Shown here one piece after another: positions 57,927 to 64,000 of a DNA stretch of 64,000 nucleotides. The first letter of the stretch is position 1, and every line of letters starts with the position of its first letter. The notes under the pieces are model-generated. The model saw nothing but the letters and a program-made list of their open reading frames with translations, had not been told where the DNA came from and made no database searches. The DNA is from Faecousia sp. GTDB taxonomy: Bacteria > Bacillota > Clostridia > Oscillospirales > Oscillospiraceae. The position numbers and the translations under genes were made by a program. Location of the stretch: assembly GCA_045540035.1 (NCBI GenBank), contig JAZQGL010000003.1:492-64491 (forward strand). The letters run 5' to 3'.

Positions 57927-59210
57927 ATGAAAAAGGTGTTTAATACCATTCTTGAAAATGGAATTATAATTTCCTTATTTATAGGCTTAGCATATTTATT
58001 TGCTTTTAATTATCAAAAGGGTAAATTAACCTATTTAGGCATTCCTCTATCCTATGTTGACCTAAGCCTTCGTAGTGTAATTGAAATTTCTTTTATGGCA
58101 CTAACGGTTTTATATTTTATGGTAATTTTTCTTCGTCCAATTTTGGAAGCATCAAAAGATGCAAGAAGTTTTACGGCAATAAGACTGATCAATGTATCTA
58201 TCTGGTTTGCAGTTATGTTCACAATGAATTTTGCGGTAGTAAAAAAGTTCAATATTAGTCTTGCTATCATCCTGATAATGTATGTTGGCTTCTTTGTCTA
58301 TACTTTTTTGGCACCTCTATTATTCATAAAAGAAAAAATCTCATATTCTGAAAAATGGAAAAAACATTCAGACAATGCCGGAAAAAAAGCAATTGAGGAA
58401 TTTGAAAGTCACGAAAAAGGACCTTATGCTGTCTTTAGAAGGAATCTTATGACATTTGCCTTGCTAATTTCGGGTATTGTTTTCCTGTGCAGTATGTTTA
58501 GTATGGCTGGAAAAGAAAACACAAAAGATGCAACGGCTTTTTATATTGCAAACGATCATCAAGATAAAGTCATCGTTCATAACACATCGGACTACTACAT
58601 ATTGATGGAATTGGAAAACAATAAATTATTAGATACCTATCAAATTGTCCCAAGCAATGAAATTGGTACAATTACTATGAAAGAAATTGGTCCATTACTT
58701 ACTACTGACATAAAAGATAAAAACAACAAAACTTTAGCAGACTTGTACACCTCATCAAAAAACGAGAACAATACATATTCTTATTCCTTCTATGATTTGA
58801 ATAACAATATATTATTCAAAAAAGAAAACGTTGTTCGAGAGCCTTTAATTAATCAAATAGCTGTTAGTGTTTACGAGCTAAAAACTCAAACCGGAACTGG
58901 GCTTTCTACAAACTGGGCGGTTTATTGCGATGTTGAAACCAGTAAAGTTTCTGAAACATTCAATTATGTTTTAGGTACATATAGCGACTATGTTGTTTGT
59001 GCCGATTATGAAGAAGGCGGGCATTTCATTATAGTTCAAAGTATATTTGACAAGTCAGCATATTACAAAGTATATGAACTTGAACATGTTTCACCTGTCG
59101 CTGCAGATTTTGCACTTGGGTGTGAATTTGACAGCGATAACAACGCGATAATCACCTACCTTACCGGTGAAGATTATACCGAAACCAAACTAACAATAGA
59201 AATTCCGTAA
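57927..59210 (+). CDS. AT-rich hypothetical membrane protein (cassette 1 cargo)
   Basis: About five N-terminal TM segments and a long soluble C-terminus; much more AT-rich than host genes. Confidence 0.75.
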   Translation: MKKVFNTILENGIIISLFIGLAYLFAFNYQKGKLTYLGIPLSYVDLSLRSVIEISFMALTVLYFMVIFLRPILEASKDARSFTAIRLINVSIWFAVMFTMNFAVVKKFNISLAIILIMYVGFFVYTFLAPLLFIKEKISYSEKWKKHSDNAGKKAIEEFESHEKGPYAVFRRNLMTFALLISGIVFLCSMFSMAGKENTKDATAFYIANDHQDKVIVHNTSDYYILMELENNKLLDTYQIVPSNEIGTITMKEIGPLLTTDIKDKNNKTLADLYTSSKNENNTYSYSFYDLNNNILFKKENVVREPLINQIAVSVYELKTQTGTGLSTNWAVYCDVETSKVSETFNYVLGTYSDYVVCADYEEGGHFIIVQSIFDKSAYYKVYELEHVSPVAADFALGCEFDSDNNAIITYLTGEDYTETKLTIEIP

Positions 59211-59218
59211 TGTAATGA

Positions 59219-59366
59219 AAGCGAGGTGAAATTCACCTCGCTTTTGCTATGTACAACAACTACCGAAAACCCTGTTTTGACACCAATGCGTTCAGTGGGA
59301 CAAACCTGCGAAAACCATAGTGTTTATGCGGATTTTGTCGACTTTTGTCCTATTATACCATATTCC
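59219..59366. mobile_element. Terminator plus att-like arm, copy 1
   Basis: aagcgaggtgaa-a-ttcacctcgctt hairpin, then aaaaccctgttttgacaccaatgcgttca...gcgaaaacc-tagtgtttatgcgg; directly abuts the spoVT fragment. Confidence 0.7.
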
Positions 59367-59556
59367 TCCACTCTTCTGACAATGCCAGTTGCTTTCATAT
59401 ATCTTTCTCCTTTTCCCGTAGGGAACGACCTATGTGTCGTTCCTGTTTCGTTTTGCAATGCGGAACGGCACACAGGCCGTTCCCTACAATAATTTTACAA
59501 ATTACGATGCTATTATTTGTAAAAGGGGAAGATTTATACTGGCAGATTTACTTTTT
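59367..59556 (-). pseudogene. spoVT 5' fragment (MKATGIVRRVE) with RBS, REP-like element and promoter (repeat copy 2)
   Basis: 59367-59398 matches 57602-57633 at 30/32 positions, both differences synonymous. Confidence 0.9.
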
Positions 59557-59597
59557 GGCCCGGATATGATATAATACAGGAACGGCGAAAGAAAAAG

Positions 59598-60272
59598 GTG
59601 ATAATTATGTTTTTTTATCATTTATTAAAATACATCTCTTTTGTTGCTGATTTTTCCATTCTAATAGTTCTATACTATACATATCAAGCAATAAAAGGAT
59701 TTTTTAAGAAACAAAAATGGACTTTTAAAGAATGGATTGATGAAATAGGGTGCGAACTTTATGGCATTGCAGGTAAATGGTCTCAAATCATTTTAATTGT
59801 ATCTTCGATAGCTCTATTGTTAACAAACACAACCATACATCAATTCGTGGGAATTAATAATTTAAAGCTAAAGCCAGAAGGAACATATTGCTTCTATGTA
59901 GAGGCAACAAGTGATTACGGTAAAACTTATACATTACCTGCTCAAATACGAATTGAAAAAGAAAGCGAAGAAGTGGGAGAGGGCAAAGAAAGAACTTATA
60001 CATATTATTATATTGAAAAAGTTATCTTTTCTAATGGCGGATATTTAAACACAGAAGGTTTAGATAGTGTTGAAATAAACGAGACAGCCTATTTTTACGA
60101 TAGCGAGGATAACGAGTGGGAATTGGTTTTGCTAAATGAACATGCATATTCTCCAAGTGTAAAAGAAACCAACAATGCAACATGGTTTGACATAACGTTT
60201 CTTTCACTTGAAATAATATCAATATCAATTTTACTGTATGCACTATTCAAAAACGAGGAGCAAGCGAGGTGA
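59598..60272 (+). CDS. AT-rich hypothetical membrane protein (cassette 2 cargo)
   Basis: Two N-terminal and one C-terminal TM segments around a soluble domain; own TTTACT-17-TATAAT promoter. Confidence 0.75.
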   Translation: MIIMFFYHLLKYISFVADFSILIVLYYTYQAIKGFFKKQKWTFKEWIDEIGCELYGIAGKWSQIILIVSSIALLLTNTTIHQFVGINNLKLKPEGTYCFYVEATSDYGKTYTLPAQIRIEKESEEVGEGKERTYTYYYIEKVIFSNGGYLNTEGLDSVEINETAYFYDSEDNEWELVLLNEHAYSPSVKETNNATWFDITFLSLEIISISILLYALFKNEEQAR

Positions 60273-60476
60273 AATTTCCCTCGCTTTTGCTATGTATAAA
60301 ACCGCCGAAAAACCCTATTTTGACACCAATGCGTTCAATGGGGAAAACCAGCGAAAACCCTAGTGTTTATGCGGGTTTCCAGCGGCGCTCCCATCGCTCC
60401 CCTACAATCATTTTACAAATTACGCTGTTAGTATCTGTAAACTCACGGAGATTATACCGCAGGATTTTCTTTTTAA
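60262..60476. mobile_element. Terminator plus att-like arm copy 2, fused to truncated spoVT promoter repeat copy 3
   Basis: 60262-60378 resembles 59219-59335; 60382-60476 resembles 57799-57894. Confidence 0.75.
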
Positions 60477-60567
60477 GTATGCAAATTGGGCGCAGAAAAA
60501 GGGCGACGACCTCAAAAGCCATCGCCCTAATTGAATAACTATAAGAAGTTTGCGTGATAAAATAGCC

Positions 60568-61188
60568 TCATTGCGCCCATGTGCTGACATCAATGGAATA
60601 CTCAAGTGTTCCGGGGGTATTTTCTGCCCCAAAAGCACGCAATAATTTGGTTTGCGCATAACCGAAGTAGCTTCTTGGTGCGCGCCATTTATCCGTTTTT
60701 TCAAGGACTGTTCGGTACACCGGCATCACTGCAGCTGTACCTTTTACCGAGTTCAAATCACTAAAGGAAAATGTGTAGGCATAATACATAGTGTCGCTTA
60801 TTTTTTCTACACAATAATACAGTTGATTTGTTTCGTCAGAAACAAATTTTAAGTTTCCTCCTGAAACCTTTTGGTTAGAAAAAACAAGGCCATACTTGTC
60901 CAAATATCCTTCAAGCACATGTTTATTGTCGTAATTCAAACCATATCCCTTGTTGCTTTCGTTCAGAATAAGTTCAATCAAAGCCAAGTGATTTTCGCCT
61001 ATTTCCGATTCTGTCGGAAGGATTTCTTCCGGTTTCCACTCAAAATCTGACAGAGAAACACTCAAATTTTCTTGCGCATTCGGAGCGGTTTCATAGGTGT
61101 AATACCACGTGGCGAAAACTCCGCCTACAGAGGCAAGAACAAACAAGCTGCACAGAAACGCCGTATATCGCATTATGCTTCTGCCCAT
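60568..61188 (-). CDS. Secreted protein with SipW-type signal peptide
   Basis: MGRSIMR...SVGGVFA-TWYY; RBS GGAGG; overlaps the end of the peptidase gene. Confidence 0.7.
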   Translation of the reverse strand: MGRSIMRYTAFLCSLFVLASVGGVFATWYYTYETAPNAQENLSVSLSDFEWKPEEILPTESEIGENHLALIELILNESNKGYGLNYDNKHVLEGYLDKYGLVFSNQKVSGGNLKFVSDETNQLYYCVEKISDTMYYAYTFSFSDLNSVKGTAAVMPVYRTVLEKTDKWRAPRSYFGYAQTKLLRAFGAENTPGTLEYSIDVSTWAQ

Positions 61189-62000
61189 TCGGATTCCTCC
61201 TCTTTTGCATCTTTCTGCAACTGATCCGAAAAAGCAGAAATACGTTTTTCCGTTGCTTCTTTTATCTTTTTTTCCACAATCGGCGTTACTATCATAGAAA
61301 AGATTACCAGCAGTACACACAGCCATCCGGCAGGAGACTGTAAAAACAATATGAAACTGCCGACAAACGGAATACGATTACCTTCATAAATTCCTTGCAT
61401 CTGACTGTATAGCACGGGGAACTTGTCCGGATTCTCCACCGCATCACCCTGAAGCAAAAAATGCCTTACGCTTGGATGGTTTTCATTCGGCTCTTCAATG
61501 CCAACGATACGGTGAATGACATACAGATCTTCCTGCTTGTACACCACAATGTCATATAACTTCAGTTCATCCTCAGCAGGAAGGTGATTACAAACCACGA
61601 CATCAAACATCTGGAATTGATCGTTAAGATCATTGTCGAATAGATATGCATTCCCCGAATACTTCTTGGCCATAGACTCGCTTTTGACCACCTTAATGGA
61701 TGGGATTCCGTTGGCAGGGCGATCTTGCGTTGCGCGAATGTATACAGCAAAAGAGAATGCCGTTACAAAGATAACACACAACAATAGTGAGACAATTCTG
61801 TTAACCCAGAGGAAAACTCGGTTTTCTTTTCTCTTTTTATTCAGTTCTTTTTTGATTGCTTCATCTCTGTGTCCGTGCTGAATCAGCTCCAACTCCATTT
61901 TGGTGATGGATGTGATTAAATAGGTAAACATCGCCGTCAAAAGCGAAAATACAATAAAGCACAGAACGAAGACGTAAATCTCATACGGTGTCATTTTCAT
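61173..62000 (-). CDS. SipW-like (ER-type, Ser/His) signal peptidase I
   Basis: VVKSESM, DIVVY, VIHRIV, LQGDA, RIPFVG motifs with TM helices. Confidence 0.75.
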   Translation of the reverse strand: MKMTPYEIYVFVLCFIVFSLLTAMFTYLITSITKMELELIQHGHRDEAIKKELNKKRKENRVFLWVNRIVSLLLCVIFVTAFSFAVYIRATQDRPANGIPSIKVVKSESMAKKYSGNAYLFDNDLNDQFQMFDVVVCNHLPAEDELKLYDIVVYKQEDLYVIHRIVGIEEPNENHPSVRHFLLQGDAVENPDKFPVLYSQMQGIYEGNRIPFVGSFILFLQSPAGWLCVLLVIFSMIVTPIVEKKIKEATEKRISAFSDQLQKDAKEEESEWAEA

Positions 62001-62080
62001 ACTGAATTTTCCAAACAAATAATAAACACCGATATAGCTATTTGACGGCCATATCGGTGTTAGATTTATACTTAGTATAC

Positions 62081-62713
62081 TTAGTTAACGGTACCGTCAG
62101 TTACTCTAGCAACAATATTTCCTGCAAGGGCAGTACGGAAAGCGTCATGCTCTGCCTTGATATCCAAAACGAAAGTCTGAGAGAGGGAAATCTGTTCCTT
62201 CAATGCATCCACATTCAAAGTATATGTAAAGGTGCCATCACCGTTCTTTGTCCATGTAAATGTGTTATCAAGTCTTCCGTTTCCGGGATTCTTGAATTTG
62301 AAAATATCAACAGGTGTTCCGCTTTCGGAATAACTGCCATCGGCATCCATTTTATACTGCATAGGCGTCGTAACACCGAAATAAAGCTCAGACTCAATTG
62401 CGTTGTCCTTAATAGACTTAGGTGCATTTACACTAGGTGTGAAAGTTACCGTCAAATAAACAGGTTGGTCGTTGTTAGAACCAAAAACGAGTTCTGCCTC
62501 GTGGTTATCGTTTGCCTGGTCTACAGTAAGAACAAGATTGCTATCGATTTTGTAAATACCGTAAGTTCCTTCGATTACAGCATCGGCAATCGTTACTTTG
62601 CTTTCTGCAAAGGCATCAATAATATCTGTTGAGCCAACATAGGACCAAGTTGCATACACACCACCAATAGTGAGCAACATGCAAAGTGCAATTAAAAGAC
62701 TAAGTTTTTTCAT
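62081..62713 (-). CDS. Secreted TasA/CalY-like candidate with SipW-type signal peptide
   Basis: MKKLSLL...TIGGVYA-TWSY; beta-rich acidic mature region. Confidence 0.7.
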   Translation of the reverse strand: MKKLSLLIALCMLLTIGGVYATWSYVGSTDIIDAFAESKVTIADAVIEGTYGIYKIDSNLVLTVDQANDNHEAELVFGSNNDQPVYLTVTFTPSVNAPKSIKDNAIESELYFGVTTPMQYKMDADGSYSESGTPVDIFKFKNPGNGRLDNTFTWTKNGDGTFTYTLNVDALKEQISLSQTFVLDIKAEHDAFRTALAGNIVARVTDGTVN

Positions 62714-62937
62714 AAATAAGCATCTCCTTATCTTCCCGGAAACAGTTTCATTTTACCGAGTGTTCTAATTATACTACTTGATTATTAATAAATCAAGACG
62801 ATTAGAAAATTTTTACAAAAACACAAAGCCGAATGATTTTGAATGCGCATCCGGCTTTGTGACAGTCTAAATATTTGATTTGCCTACAACAGAGTATGGA
62901 TTTCTGACGCATATTTACAATATCATTTTACTCCTTT

Positions 62938-63069
62938 CTAAAACCGCCAAAAAACCCTGTTTTGACACCAATGCGTTCAATGGGGCAAACCAGCGAAAAC
63001 CCTAGTGTTTATGCGGGTTTTTAACTTTCGCCCTATTATAACGCATTCGTCGATTCTTCTCACAATTCC
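62938..63069. mobile_element. att-like arm copy 3 joined to spoVT-like codons GIVRRID
   Basis: Same arm sequence as 59265-59335 and 60298-60378; minus strand 63069-63049 reads GGA ATT GTG AGA AGA ATC GAC. Confidence 0.75.
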
Positions 63070-63539
63070 TTTTCAAATAAGGGGTGAAGATAATATATCG
63101 TATCGTTGGAAGAGGAACTGTTATCCGACGAGTATCCGTTATGATATTGCCAAAGTCCGTGCTTGATATGCGCTGTGTTTATCGACACATATTCATAGCC
63201 TTTTTGAAAAACAGGAGACTTTGAATAGAAAGATCTGTTTACCGGCGCAATAATTCCGAAGAACGAACCATCTTTCACCAGTATTTCTTCATCCTTAATT
63301 GGTCTGTTGTGCAGGTCATTATGAGAATTTTGCTGATCATATCCGTGGTCATCGTCTTGGTACAAATCAATGTCAATTCTCCAGCGATTCGCCTCGGCGC
63401 GGATTTTATTGTATTCGTCGTCGCTATATTCTATCTCAGCAACATAAATATCGGGTTCTTGGCTTGTCCACATAGGATATTGGGGACTTCCCATTACAAT
63501 TTTATCTGTTTTTATTTCTGAAACGGTAAACATTTTCAC
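63060..63539 (-). CDS. AT-rich hypothetical protein, 159 aa
   Basis: RBS GGGAGG; open frame whose stop overlaps the GIVRRID fragment; no recognised family. Confidence 0.65.
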   Translation of the reverse strand: MKMFTVSEIKTDKIVMGSPQYPMWTSQEPDIYVAEIEYSDDEYNKIRAEANRWRIDIDLYQDDDHGYDQQNSHNDLHNRPIKDEEILVKDGSFFGIIAPVNRSFYSKSPVFQKGYEYVSINTAHIKHGLWQYHNGYSSDNSSSSNDTIYYLHPLFEKEL

Positions 63540-63636
63540 AATGGTTTTCCTCCCTGTTTCCTTTCGTTTGTTTGAAATATTTTACCATACTACTCTAAAA
63601 AACACAACACTTCCACACAAAAAACAAAAGGGAAGG

Positions 63637-63899
63637 GCTTTCATATATCTTTCTCCTTTACAGACATCTTGTAGGGGTCGATTGAGGCACATCGACCCGC
63701 GGGCGGTCATCGCACTGTTGCGGTGCCCTGTGTGCGCCTTGGCGACGGTGCGCCTGCGTTGCACACAGACCGCGGCCACTCGCGGAGAATCGCTCCTCCC
63801 GCCACCGGCGGCGCTCCCATCGCTCCCTACAATCATTTTACAAATTACGCTGTTAGTATCTGAAAAAGGCAGGAGATCATACCGCAGGATTTACTTTTT
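63637..63899 (-). repeat. spoVT leader/promoter repeat copy 4, ending in ATG AAA GC
   Basis: Near-identical to 57644-57891; gctttcatatatctttctcctt is identical to 59391-59412. Confidence 0.85.
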
Positions 63900-63937
63900 C
63901 GACCCGTCGTGGTATAATGCTCCATCGAGGTGATATT

Positions 63938-64000
63938 TTGAACATTTGGATCGTTTTGCTCGTAACTTTTTTTGCAGGTATGGGCGCAGGTCTCGGAACC
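63938..64000 (+). CDS. Start of a probable TauE/SafE-family membrane protein (runs off the window)
   Basis: RBS GAGGTG, TTG start, MNIWIVLLVTFFAGMGAGLGT; only 21 codons visible. Confidence 0.45.
   Translation, partial: MNIWIVLLVTFFAGMGAGLGT

Noticed and set aside
57634-63899. Classical integron with attC sites, or a prophage/IS
   Set aside because: No IntI, transposase or phage genes; the repeats are spoVT-derived direct repeats plus an arm, not attC-type palindromes.

Overview
GC-rich chromosomal segment of an anaerobic, spore-forming Firmicute, probably Oscillospiraceae-like Clostridia (inferred from sigK, spoVT, rnf, glgCDA, adhE and dockerin proteins). Most of it is housekeeping: adhE, peptidases, sigK, an rml/rhamnose surface-polysaccharide locus split by a TetM-like GTPase-NYN gene, rnfCDGEAB, glgCDA plus a GH13 enzyme, mgtE, NlpC/P60 and spoVT. 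Two systems stand out. (1) At 57.6-64 kb, AT-rich, integrase-free gene cassettes are stacked in tandem in the 5' end of spoVT. The spoVT promoter/leader occurs four times, spoVT N-terminal codons recur, and three copies of a conserved ~110-bp att-like arm are present, two of them joined to spoVT at the same codon. This looks like an integron-like cassette platform targeting a sporulation regulator. (2) At 1.4-10.7 kb, a lipid-anchored 2313-aa subtilase with a C-terminal dockerin precedes a three-cohesin scaffoldin whose own, different dockerin type is shared with an LRR protein at 52 kb, suggesting a non-cellulolytic cohesin-dockerin surface complex. Also noted: a family of heptamer-armed double-hairpin repeats and a uORF-bearing structured leader upstream of mgtE. 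All calls come from reading the sequence; no searches were run.
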